35,864 bases of DNA from UHGV virus genome UHGV-0042415; one strand, written 5' to 3'. Of the stretch, positions 6,981-16,165 are shown piece after piece. Source of the DNA: a virus. Under the pieces are notes generated by a model that worked only from the letters and a program-made list of their open reading frames with translations, was not told the origin of the DNA and searched no databases. Every line of letters starts with the position of its first letter. The first letter of the stretch is position 1. Position numbers and translations under genes: made by a program.

Positions 6981-9779
6981 ATGACGGCAGAGTACATCAG
7001 GGACTGGCAACAGCCGCGCCACGCAGTGGGACGTGAAGGAACGGGGATCCCCGTTCCTGAATCCGCGCTTTCCTCCTGGCTGGATGCCTACCGGGCAGAG
7101 AACGAGCGCCGCCAGGAAATGGCTGATGCGGCGTTCTCCGCCACGCCGCTGGGCAACCTGATTAATAAAAGCCTGGATGCACAGGAAAAACAGGACAAAA
7201 CCATCACACTGGCAGGAGACGCCAGAAAACAGGTACGCGGTGCGGTGGATGAAGCCATGGCCTCGCTGCGCCTGCTGCCGTCCTATCTGCGCGATCCGCT
7301 TATTCGCCACCTCTCCTTCCTGCGCAAAAAACAGGAAGCCGATCGCCGGAAAGGCAAAAAGAGCTGGCAGGCTGAACGCTACGCGCGCGGAACCCTGCGC
7401 AAAATATTCGAACGTCTGGACCGCACCGACCACCGCTGGCTGACACCGGGTTATCGCTCCCTTGCCGGACGCGAACGCCTGGATGATTTGCTTTACCTGC
7501 CGCAGCTCAACAAGCACCAGATACAGACGCTGGCCACCATGACGGCGGCGATGTTCAGCAGCACCTTCGAAAAACTCTGCGATGGCTTTGGCGCGACTGA
7601 TGGCGAGCTGACCATGGAGGTAACGCTGAAGGCGTATCAGATGCTGGCCCGCATGGCGTTACACCTGCACGCCATGCCTCCGCATTATGACGCACTGACA
7701 ACAGACAAAGACCGGAGGAACGAACCGGACACGGAGTTGCTGCCGGGCGCAATCCTTCGCCTGACCTGTGCGGAATGGTGGAAACGCAAACTGTGGCTGT
7801 TACGTTGCGAGTGGCGGGAAGAACAACTCCGCGCCGCCTGTCTGGTTTCCAGAAAAACATCGCCCTATCTGAGCCAGGACGCGTTAAGCGAGTTTCGCGC
7901 ACAGCGCGAGAAAACACGCGATTTCCTGAAAAGTTTCATGCTGGAAAACGAAGACGGGTTCACGATTGATCTCGAGACGGTGTATTACGCGGGAGTAAGT
8001 AATCCGGTTCATCGTAAGGCAGAAATGATGGCCACCATGAAGGGGCTGGAACTTCTGGCCGAAGCCCGTGGCGACAAAGCGGTGTTTCTGACTGTCACCT
8101 GCCCGTCAAAATACCACGCCACAACAGAGAACGGTCATCCGAATCCCAAATGGAACGGGGCCACCATGCGCGACTCCAGCGATTACCTGGTTAACACGTT
8201 TTTTGCGGCGGTCCGCAAGAAACTGAACCGCGACGGCCTGCGCTGGTATGGCATCCGCACGGTGGAGCCTCACCATGACGGCACCGTGCACTGGCATATG
8301 ATGGTCTTTGCTCATCCGGAAGAAATCGACACCATTGTGTCCCACACCCGCGATATTGCCATTCAGGAAGATCGTCACGAGCTGGGTGATGATATTACCC
8401 CACGCTTTAAGGCGGAGTACGTCGACGGCTCAAAAGGCACACCGACCAGCTACATCGCCACCTACATCGGGAAAAACCTGGACAGCCGTGCCGTGGATGG
8501 CATCGACCCGAAAACGGGCAAGCCACGCGTTGACCACGAAACCGGAAAATCAATGGCCGAGAGCGTGGAACGCGCCATCGGCTGGGCGCGCCTTCACCGG
8601 GTCCGCCAGTTCCAGTTCTTTGGTATCCCCTCCCGTCAGGTGTGGCGTGAACTGCGCCGCCTTGCCAGCCAGATGGCTCGCAACCCGGAAGGACCGCAAC
8701 GGCTGAAGGATGACGCAATGGACGCGGTTCTTGCTTCCGCTGATGCCGGATGTTTTGCCACCTACATAGAGAAACAGGGCGGCGTACTTGTTCCACGCAA
8801 GGACTACCTGATTCGCACCGCCTACGACCTCGCAGATGAGCTGAACGATTACGGTGAACAGAGCGTACAGATTTACGGGATCTGGTCACCGCTCATCGGG
8901 GAGTCTTCCCGCGTATGCACGCATCCGGACAACTGGAAGCTGGTAAGACGCAAACCGGAAGCGGAAGACAGCGCCCGCGAAAATGGTTTTGACCTTCAGG
9001 GCGGCCCTGCCGCCCCTTGGACTCGTGGCAATAACTGTCCCCGTGTACAGGAAACGGACAACAACGGGACAGAACAGCCGGAAGAACGGCCAGCACCGTG
9101 GCCGCAGCTTCCTGACGGCGTTGACGTGAATGAATGGATGCGCTCACTGAAACGGCACGAACGCCGGGCGCTGATGCGTTCGCTGCGTGACAAACAGGCA
9201 AAAAACAGCAGTGATGAAATGCAGAACTGGACACAGAGCCGCAAACAGCCACAGCCTTTGCCTGATAACCACGAGTTACTCGCTAAAGAATGGCGGGAGT
9301 CTGCTGAATCTCTCGGCCTGCATATCGGTGAACAGCAGGTGCAGCACCTGTTACGGGGCGGCAGTCTGTACGTTGACGGCAGCATCATTGCACCGCAGGG
9401 ATTTGAAATTGTACGCAAACCGGATACCCGCCAGGACAGCCGAATCACGCAGCTCTGGCAACGCCTGAGCCGTAATCACGGCGTAAGCAGCACGGAGATC
9501 CGCCATAACCCGGTCGCCAGCTATCTGGAACAGCTGGGGGCATCAGACCCTGAAGCCGCCGCACGCCTGGCATCCACACTTCAGCAGGACCAGAACACCA
9601 TGAAAACACCCGTTACCGTGCTTTCTGACATGCTGCGCGCCATCCGCGACGCAGAGCACGCACAGAGAATCAGTGAAACCACTGAACGCGCCCGCCGCAA
9701 AGCAGACCTGCTGCGGGGTGGCCTGACCAGTGGAAACAAAAAAACAGACAGAAACGGGACTCACAAATCCCGTAAATGA
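6981..9779 (+). CDS. A: Rolling-circle replication initiator (P2 gpA-like endonuclease)
   Basis: 932 aa; HUH-type motif VHWHMMVF and paired catalytic tyrosines YIATYIGK as in P2 A-family initiators; long Q/R/E-rich C-terminal extension. Confidence 0.88.
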   Translation: MTAEYIRDWQQPRHAVGREGTGIPVPESALSSWLDAYRAENERRQEMADAAFSATPLGNLINKSLDAQEKQDKTITLAGDARKQVRGAVDEAMASLRLLPSYLRDPLIRHLSFLRKKQEADRRKGKKSWQAERYARGTLRKIFERLDRTDHRWLTPGYRSLAGRERLDDLLYLPQLNKHQIQTLATMTAAMFSSTFEKLCDGFGATDGELTMEVTLKAYQMLARMALHLHAMPPHYDALTTDKDRRNEPDTELLPGAILRLTCAEWWKRKLWLLRCEWREEQLRAACLVSRKTSPYLSQDALSEFRAQREKTRDFLKSFMLENEDGFTIDLETVYYAGVSNPVHRKAEMMATMKGLELLAEARGDKAVFLTVTCPSKYHATTENGHPNPKWNGATMRDSSDYLVNTFFAAVRKKLNRDGLRWYGIRTVEPHHDGTVHWHMMVFAHPEEIDTIVSHTRDIAIQEDRHELGDDITPRFKAEYVDGSKGTPTSYIATYIGKNLDSRAVDGIDPKTGKPRVDHETGKSMAESVERAIGWARLHRVRQFQFFGIPSRQVWRELRRLASQMARNPEGPQRLKDDAMDAVLASADAGCFATYIEKQGGVLVPRKDYLIRTAYDLADELNDYGEQSVQIYGIWSPLIGESSRVCTHPDNWKLVRRKPEAEDSARENGFDLQGGPAAPWTRGNNCPRVQETDNNGTEQPEERPAPWPQLPDGVDVNEWMRSLKRHERRALMRSLRDKQAKNSSDEMQNWTQSRKQPQPLPDNHELLAKEWRESAESLGLHIGEQQVQHLLRGGSLYVDGSIIAPQGFEIVRKPDTRQDSRITQLWQRLSRNHGVSSTEIRHNPVASYLEQLGASDPEAAARLASTLQQDQNTMKTPVTVLSDMLRAIRDAEHAQRISETTERARRKADLLRGGLTSGNKKTDRNGTHKSRK

Positions 9780-9880
9780 GCAAAAAACGTGCCGCGATAT
9801 ATGAAGCGCGCACAAAACAGGCAAAAGCGGGATTTAAAAATCCTGTAACCGATTAATTAATCAACATAAGGAAAAGCGAC

Positions 9881-10840
9881 ATGAAAATTTGTATCGACGA
9901 CGGCTCCACCAACATCAAGCTGGCATGGACTGAGAACGGCGAACGCCGCAACGCCATCAGCCCGAACAGCTTCAAGTCGGAATGGTCTGCGCCGTTCGGT
10001 GGCACGCAGCCCGCGAACTACATGCTTGATGGCGTGCGCTATGGTTTTGATCCGGTCAGCGATCGCTTTGTCCAGACGACCGACACGCAATACCAGTACA
10101 GCGATGTGAATATAATTGCCATTCATCACGCGCTGGTCAAATCAGGCATCACACCACAGGAAGTGGATGTGGTTGTCACCCTGCCACTGAGCGAGTATTT
10201 CGATACAAACGCACAGCCGGACATGGCCAACATCAACCGCAAAAAAGCGAACGTCATGCGCCCGGTGGAGTACCAGAACGGCGAAGCATTCACTATCCGT
10301 AACGTACGGGTTATGCCTGAATCCATTCCGGCTGGCTTTAAGGCACTGGCTGACATGAGTCCGTTTGAATCCCTGCTGATTGTGGATTTGGGCGGAACCA
10401 CGCTGGATGTGGCAAAGGTTCAGGGGCAACTGGCAGGTATCAGCCAGGTGTTTTGCGATCCACACGTGGGCGTTTCTCTGATGGCCGATGCCGTACTGTC
10501 GGTGATGGCCACTAACGGTATGCGCACCAGTCACCACATCGCCAATACCATTATCGAACATCGCCATGATGAAGCCTGGCTGCGCCAGCACATCCACAAT
10601 GACGCGCATTACGCCAGCCTGATGGCGGTAATTCGTGAAAAGGAAGAAACACTGAAACAACGCGTGATCCGCGCGCTGGCGGGTTTTTCGGGTTACGGGC
10701 GGGTGATGGTTGTCGGTGGAGGGGCGGAGATTGTGGCACCCGCTATCCGCGAAGCCTGCGGAGTTAATGCGACTTTCATCGCGGACGGGGTGCCACAGTT
10801 TGCTCTGGTTAATGGGCTGTACGCAATGGACAAGGAGTAA
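9881..10840 (+). CDS. parM: ParM/StbA-like actin-fold segregation ATPase
   Basis: 319 aa; N-terminus MKICIDDGSTNIKLAW closely matches plasmid R1 ParM (MLVFIDDGSTNIKLQW); phosphate-2 motif LIVDLGGTTLDVA; same length as ParM. Confidence 0.85.
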   Translation: MKICIDDGSTNIKLAWTENGERRNAISPNSFKSEWSAPFGGTQPANYMLDGVRYGFDPVSDRFVQTTDTQYQYSDVNIIAIHHALVKSGITPQEVDVVVTLPLSEYFDTNAQPDMANINRKKANVMRPVEYQNGEAFTIRNVRVMPESIPAGFKALADMSPFESLLIVDLGGTTLDVAKVQGQLAGISQVFCDPHVGVSLMADAVLSVMATNGMRTSHHIANTIIEHRHDEAWLRQHIHNDAHYASLMAVIREKEETLKQRVIRALAGFSGYGRVMVVGGGAEIVAPAIREACGVNATFIADGVPQFALVNGLYAMDKE

Positions 10841-10844
10841 ACCA

Positions 10845-11156
10845 ATGACGACTCCAACCAGACGGATAAGTTTCTATCTGAAGCCCACCGCCGTCAAGAA
10901 CGAAGGAGAAGCATGCGCCTGGCTGGACAGCCTTACACCAGAAGCCCGCAAAAGCGGCCAACGCGTGGCTTTTCTGGCCGGGCTGGCACTTCTGAAAATG
11001 AATCCGGCAGAGGCTTATCGACTGGCTGCATGGGCTGGTGATGAAGCGTTATCAGTGACACAAACCAGGACAGAACGCCCCGCATCACAGCCAGTATCAA
11101 CCGCACAGATAACCAGTCAGATGGCCGGAAATATCCGGGCGTTATTTCCTGAATAA
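10845..11156 (+). CDS. parR: ParR-like small DNA-binding adaptor protein
   Basis: 103 aa from the ATG at 10845 with SD aggag; RRISFYLKP...AFLAGLALLKMNP...IRALFPE resembles R1 ParR (RTIAFKLNP...AALTAGLALY...LRSLFPKE); directly follows parM. Confidence 0.65.
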   Translation: MTTPTRRISFYLKPTAVKNEGEACAWLDSLTPEARKSGQRVAFLAGLALLKMNPAEAYRLAAWAGDEALSVTQTRTERPASQPVSTAQITSQMAGNIRALFPE

Positions 11157-11219
11157 CACAACATCAGGGCGAGTTCGCCCTGCTCTCCACCTCAGAACAT
11201 AAACAAGGAGAACGACTTA

Positions 11220-11603
11220 ATGAGCGAAATCAACTATCAGGCATTACGTGAACGTTATTCACCTGTGCCAGTACCGAAATGCCCTATTTGCGGCGAGGAA
11301 ATGTCAATTCAGCGAATATCTGGAGCACAGGTTGTTTATGCCTGCTCCGGTTATGGTGATGATGGAGATTTCAAAATTGGTCGAACTCTTGCCGACGAAC
11401 ATTATGAAAAATCACGCGTAACAGTGTTGGATGTCGGGGATCCTGAAGTATTGGCGCTACTTGATTGGCTGGAAACCAAAGACAACCGAATCGCTGAACT
11501 GGAAAAAATCGCCACTGACTATGCACTTAAATTCCAGAAAGCACAGGACGCATTAAAGTACGCCGCTTTGCTGCATAGCAGGACAGCGCAGCTAAAATAC
11601 TAA
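11220..11603 (+). CDS. Hypothetical protein with N-terminal Cys cluster and helical C-terminus
   Basis: 127 aa; CPICGEEM...YACSGYGDDGD; SD aaggag upstream. Confidence 0.6.
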   Translation: MSEINYQALRERYSPVPVPKCPICGEEMSIQRISGAQVVYACSGYGDDGDFKIGRTLADEHYEKSRVTVLDVGDPEVLALLDWLETKDNRIAELEKIATDYALKFQKAQDALKYAALLHSRTAQLKY

Positions 11604-11693
11604 CTTAAAGCGGAAGATTAATACATGGTGAGTCGGGGTAATTTGTTTTTATCCCGACAAATAAACAAAAAAGTGGACTATCTCTGTAGTATC

Positions 11694-12224
11694 TTATTCA
11701 GCATCGTCTCGTGCAGTCTGTGCATACGTCACAACAACGCCCAATGCATTAGTTTTCTTTTCAACATAGATAATATTGTCATATTCATAGTTACCATACG
11801 GATAGCAAATAAGAATATTTTTATGCAGTTCGGGATCATCAACAAACGCTCCGGAACAGCTTCTTGAACTACCAGATGTATACTCATACGGTGCAACATA
11901 TGATGATGTTACTCCTGGTAAAAAATAAGTCACCATCATAAGAGGGATAATCAGGAATATCCCTGTAAGAATGCAAGAGCCAGCATAAACCTTCAGGTAT
12001 TCCGACAGTCCTTTCCAGCCACTTTGCTTCACTACCCCCCTCTTCACCAGAAACAAGGAGAAGAAAAAGGACATACCCATACTACACAAGATGTAATAAT
12101 TGGATATACGCGAATTAAGATATGTAATCCTGTAGATATCTGCCCTCCACCAGTAAAAGAGGAAAATAATCCCTAGCACTGAAACAGTCATGCAAATCAA
12201 ATAAGGATATGAATCTTTCTTCAT
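11694..12224 (-). CDS. Three-TM inner-membrane protein with soluble C-terminal domain (AT-rich cargo)
   Basis: 176 aa; hydrophobic segments YLICMTVSVLGIIFLFYWW, YILCSMGMSFFFSLFLV, CILTGIFLIIPLMMVTYFL; strongly AT-rich gene on the strand opposite its neighbours. Confidence 0.7.
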   Translation of the reverse strand: MKKDSYPYLICMTVSVLGIIFLFYWWRADIYRITYLNSRISNYYILCSMGMSFFFSLFLVKRGVVKQSGWKGLSEYLKVYAGSCILTGIFLIIPLMMVTYFLPGVTSSYVAPYEYTSGSSRSCSGAFVDDPELHKNILICYPYGNYEYDNIIYVEKKTNALGVVVTYAQTARDDAE

Positions 12225-12828
12225 GTCTTGCGCTCATTAAAATTTCCCTGCTACGAACAAATTTACCATCCGTTTTTTGCGCAGAAAACAGCACGATGCA
12301 CACTGCACGATAGTGCACAAATTTGCACAATTTTTTTGAACGACTTTTTCCCCTTCCGGCCCGTATAGCGGCTGGATCCGTCAAGGATCCGTGCGTGCAC
12401 AAAAAAACGCGCTTTTTCTGCGCGCAGGTGACGGGGGAACAGCCCGCGTTTCAGGGGGTAAATAGCATTCCCTGAACGATGTCGCAGCGACACAACAGAA
12501 TGGCTGTATCGCTCACGCTGAGCGTGAAAAATACGTAAGGGGTTCTGATTTGATGGGGTGAAAGGTAAGGCCGTCAAATCGCAATGAGACGGCGAGAACA
12601 TGCTGTCAGCTCGATGGGATTGCGTAAGAGTCTGGCCATCGATGATGGCGATAAGTTGGAAGACGTCGTGAAATTATCTGATTGATACGGGTGCTGGAGA
12701 GTCGGGGCATAAATTTTTTATGCCCCGGCGAAGCAGCAGACAAGCGAAGCGCGTCAGTGATGCGGCACCTTGCCGACCACACTCCATAAGTGCAAAATAC
12801 GAGCAAAGAAATCAATGGAGGCTGTTTT

Positions 12829-13353
12829 ATGGTCATTAATTACAAGCAGTTACGAGAAAAACGAGAGCAGGTAAAGGAAAGTTTTCGCCGCAATGAAGAT
12901 CTGACCCCGCTTGTACACCTTGCCCAGGGAATTGTTGATGCTTATGAAATCTCTCTGGAGCTGCCATCACAGACATGGACGGATAGCGACGGTAATCGCC
13001 AGCATTACGTTTCATGCGGACTGGAAACAACTGAAGGGTTTCGCAGAATGCCTTTATCTCAGATTCCTGCCGCTACCCCCAAAGCAAGGGGCGGCAATGA
13101 TGAGCGAAAACTGATTTTTAGCATTGAGACAGTGGTTGACGACACACCTGGCGAAGTCGCGTTCGTGCATACTCCTCTTTCGATCGCAATGTATAACGAT
13201 GAAATACAGGTTCGCGTTAATAATAATATCGTGCCACTTAAAGAAGGTAATTCACCCTACACCACCGTTTGTGAAGCCATTCAATATTACGTTCTCTCTG
13301 AAATTGATAATCTCAAGCCTGACGGCACCCAGAAAATGGTTCAACTCTGGTAA
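12829..13353 (+). CDS. Hypothetical soluble protein between the putative cos region and the portal gene
   Basis: 174 aa from the ATG at 12829 with SD ggagg (the ORF track starts at an upstream GTG); followed by its own terminator. Confidence 0.6.
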   Translation: MVINYKQLREKREQVKESFRRNEDLTPLVHLAQGIVDAYEISLELPSQTWTDSDGNRQHYVSCGLETTEGFRRMPLSQIPAATPKARGGNDERKLIFSIETVVDDTPGEVAFVHTPLSIAMYNDEIQVRVNNNIVPLKEGNSPYTTVCEAIQYYVLSEIDNLKPDGTQKMVQLW

Positions 13354-13359
13354 TAAGGA

Positions 13360-13384
13360 CAGCCCCATCACGGGGCTGTTTTTT
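13360..13384 (+). terminator. Rho-independent terminator
   Basis: cagcccc-atcac-ggggctg stem followed by TTTTTT; overlaps the portal stop codon. Confidence 0.7.
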
Positions 13385-14414
13385 CATCAAGAAGTGCATA
13401 AGAGTTAAAACGGATCACCTCTTCGCCAAGCCAGTCATTGATGTGCTTCATGGCCTCCATGACGGGCATCAGCTCGTTAATTGCGTAAACCCGCGCGGCC
13501 TTCTCCACATCACCAAACGCACTTTTTTCACCCGGCATCGCCCCCATCAGTTGCGGCGGAACGCGGTGCGCAGCCAGCACATCATCACGGGATGCCGCCT
13601 TAACATTCATGAACTCATCCTTTGCGGTGATCTGCTGGAACGGCAAAATTTGCACCCCCTCTTTGCCCCCGTTGGGCGCATGAATGAGCACGTTTTTAAA
13701 CGCACCACCACCACGTGCCCCCTGTAGCGTTTCTTTCAGGGAGTCCATGCTTTCGCGGTTTACCTGCGCTGCACCGATGTAGATGATGCACCCGGCGTGG
13801 GATCCGTTGTCGTAATACAGTTTTCTGAACATGTCCGCCGAATGAGACAGGCTGGCCGAGAGTAATGCGCCAAGATATTCCGGCATGCCGTAAATTTCCT
13901 GGTTAATGTCAGGATTCATCAGGTGGCACACTTTACCAGGGCGAAACTGAAACGCATCCTTGCCATCCTGCACATACCACCATGATTCAAGATCGCTTCC
14001 GCGTCGCATGTATTTCGCCAGGGCGTGCCGTAATTTAAGCGGTTCGCCGAGCATATTGCTCCGAAGCTCAAGGAATGCGTTACCGAACACAAACCAGTCC
14101 AGCGCCAGCGCCGAGAAATCCTGCCGGGAAAGCAGCGGGTGCGGAATGTAGCAACCGAGCAATACATTACGCTTAAAGTAAAGCGCAGACTGATGCCAGG
14201 ACGTTTGCCGGGCAGCTCTTGCCAGACCGTACCAGTCCACCGGGGTTTCATACCACCGCCCGTTATCAGCACAGTACATGTTGTCCAGCAGGTCATGCCC
14301 GGTCAGGCGATAAGGACCATCAAATGTGAATGCACTGAGCGATGATTCTTTCCTGAGCGCATCAGCGAGATCAATGCGTGAACTCATGCGCACTTTTTTA
14401 TTTTTTCTGCTCAT
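13368..14414 (-). CDS. Q: Portal protein (P2 gpQ-like)
   Basis: 348 aa; size and sequence resemble P2 Q; 1-nt overlap with the terminase gene; leftward orientation as in P2. Confidence 0.9.
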   Translation of the reverse strand: MSRKNKKVRMSSRIDLADALRKESSLSAFTFDGPYRLTGHDLLDNMYCADNGRWYETPVDWYGLARAARQTSWHQSALYFKRNVLLGCYIPHPLLSRQDFSALALDWFVFGNAFLELRSNMLGEPLKLRHALAKYMRRGSDLESWWYVQDGKDAFQFRPGKVCHLMNPDINQEIYGMPEYLGALLSASLSHSADMFRKLYYDNGSHAGCIIYIGAAQVNRESMDSLKETLQGARGGGAFKNVLIHAPNGGKEGVQILPFQQITAKDEFMNVKAASRDDVLAAHRVPPQLMGAMPGEKSAFGDVEKAARVYAINELMPVMEAMKHINDWLGEEVIRFNSYALLDEKTAP

Positions 14415-16165
14415 CAGAACTCCATAACCGTGAAACGCTCGTTTTCTCCTTCGCCGCCAATCGGTTCGTTAATGACAGCAAGCATGGTTGCCCACGCAAG
14501 GTCGCCGTGGCTGATCCCCCTCGCGCGGTCCGTTTCGTAAGTGATAAAGCCGCCCGGTGTTTTCACCTTACGCACGGCGTTAAAGGCCGCGACCAGCTCG
14601 CGTTCGGCGCGATCGTATTCCCACCGCCCGGCACGCATTATTTGCAGCATTTTCAGTACCAGCGACCGTTTTGATGACAGCGTGAAGGTGTACGGAATAG
14701 CAGCAGGGAAAAACCGTTTCACTATCTGATAAACAGCCTCCCCGTTCCCGCCCGTCACATCAATGCCGATGTGTTCCACGTTGTAGCGACACGTGAACTC
14801 TTCAATGACTCTGGCCTGTTCTTCAAACTCCAGCCCCTGAACGCGTCGCGTCTCCACCGTTCGAAAACGGCCTCCAGGAACAGCCGGAGGAACCACTACG
14901 GACACAGCGCCGCTGTCGCCGTTTCCACTGCTGCCGTTTGCGTCATACCCAATCCATACCGGACGATTCCCCATCGGGCGGGGAGCAAAAGGTTTCCAGT
15001 CTTTCCAGTCGTCGTATCCGTCAACACCGCAGCCAATCAGTATATTCAGGTTAAATGCCGATTCCCCTTCGCGGACAAACTCACACATATAGAGATTGCG
15101 GAACTCGTCTTCGGTGTTTTCATCACGAATTTCGTCAATATCGGTGTGTTTCCAGCCGTGATTAACCACATCTTCCAGCGTGACAATTTGCCGCCACGTC
15201 CGGTCAGGGCAGATAAGCCCGTTATGCAGCGTTTTCCAGTCCACAGAAAAACGCTGACGTTTATGCGTGGCCTTTTTCTCGTTCCAGCGGTCGCCGTTCC
15301 AGTAGGCGTATGCCTCGTGCGTTTCGGTGGATGGCGTGGAGAAGTAGGTGCGCCGCAGTCCGCTGAGGGTTGCCATAGCGCCAGCCACCTTGCGCAGTTC
15401 AGCAAAGCGACTGACCCAGAAAAATTCATCAAAATAAAAATTGCCCGTGTAGGACTGTGCCGTCGCAGCAGAAGTACCAAGAAAATGCAGCTCTGCGCCG
15501 TTGGAGAGGATGATTTTATCGCCCCCTTTCAGCTCCACATCAACTTCAGATGCAGCCTTCTGAATAATGCTTTTAAACTGGAACGCCTGACGACGCGACG
15601 CAGACAAAAAAATCTGGTTACGCTGGTAAGGTTGCGCCACATCGTCACGCAGCGCCATCAGCAGTGCTTCCTGTGCAAAATACCAGGTCGCCCCAATCTG
15701 TCGGGATTTCAGGATCATCCTGTTACGTATCCCGGCTTCACTGCAAAGGGTCAGGGAGTCAAACCAGCCCCGCTGATGCCACTCCAGCCTGCTGATGATT
15801 TTTTCCCGCAGTGCGGCAATCTGCTCCGGCGTGAAATGATTTTTAAGTTTTTTCGCCCGGCCTTTCTTTCCTGTGGCCGTCGCATCCGGCTGGCCATCAT
15901 GCAGTTTTTTAAGCTGCCGGGTCAGCAGGTCTATTTCCTTAAAGTCACCGCCTGTTTTATTCTGTTTTTCAGTAAGCTGGATGAGGCGCGCATCGATGGA
16001 CTGCGTGACACGCTGCACGGGTGGCGTTTCATCCCACTGGTCGCGTTTTTTCCACGCATAAATCGTGTTCGGGTTTATTCCCATCAGACGTGATATTTCT
16101 GCGGGCGGATAACCCTGCCAGTAAAGTTGCCGCGCACGCTGGCGCACAAAAGCGTCCTGAATCAT
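14414..16165 (-). CDS. P: Terminase large (ATPase) subunit (P2 gpP-like)
   Basis: 583 aa; divergent from the O-N-M-L operon as in P2. Confidence 0.9.
   Translation of the reverse strand: MIQDAFVRQRARQLYWQGYPPAEISRLMGINPNTIYAWKKRDQWDETPPVQRVTQSIDARLIQLTEKQNKTGGDFKEIDLLTRQLKKLHDGQPDATATGKKGRAKKLKNHFTPEQIAALREKIISRLEWHQRGWFDSLTLCSEAGIRNRMILKSRQIGATWYFAQEALLMALRDDVAQPYQRNQIFLSASRRQAFQFKSIIQKAASEVDVELKGGDKIILSNGAELHFLGTSAATAQSYTGNFYFDEFFWVSRFAELRKVAGAMATLSGLRRTYFSTPSTETHEAYAYWNGDRWNEKKATHKRQRFSVDWKTLHNGLICPDRTWRQIVTLEDVVNHGWKHTDIDEIRDENTEDEFRNLYMCEFVREGESAFNLNILIGCGVDGYDDWKDWKPFAPRPMGNRPVWIGYDANGSSGNGDSGAVSVVVPPAVPGGRFRTVETRRVQGLEFEEQARVIEEFTCRYNVEHIGIDVTGGNGEAVYQIVKRFFPAAIPYTFTLSSKRSLVLKMLQIMRAGRWEYDRAERELVAAFNAVRKVKTPGGFITYETDRARGISHGDLAWATMLAVINEPIGGEGENERFTVMEF

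Noticed and set aside
6456-7517. 353 aa minus-strand ORF
   Set aside because: Antisense to the 5' part of gpA and the upstream gene; no protein-like composition. gpA has clear catalytic motifs on the plus strand.
8407-9448. Several 100 to 160 aa ORFs on both strands inside gpA
   Set aside because: All overlap the gpA coding frame and are Arg/Cys/Pro-rich, the signature of out-of-frame translation of GC-rich coding DNA.
10142-10660. 172 aa minus-strand ORF inside parM
   Set aside because: Antisense to the ParM-like gene, whose actin-fold motifs are unambiguous on the plus strand.
14771-16093. 440 aa plus-strand ORF
   Set aside because: Lies entirely antisense to the terminase large subunit gene; its translation is low-complexity (R/P/A/F-rich) and has no start context. 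Typical spurious ORF in GC-rich phage DNA.
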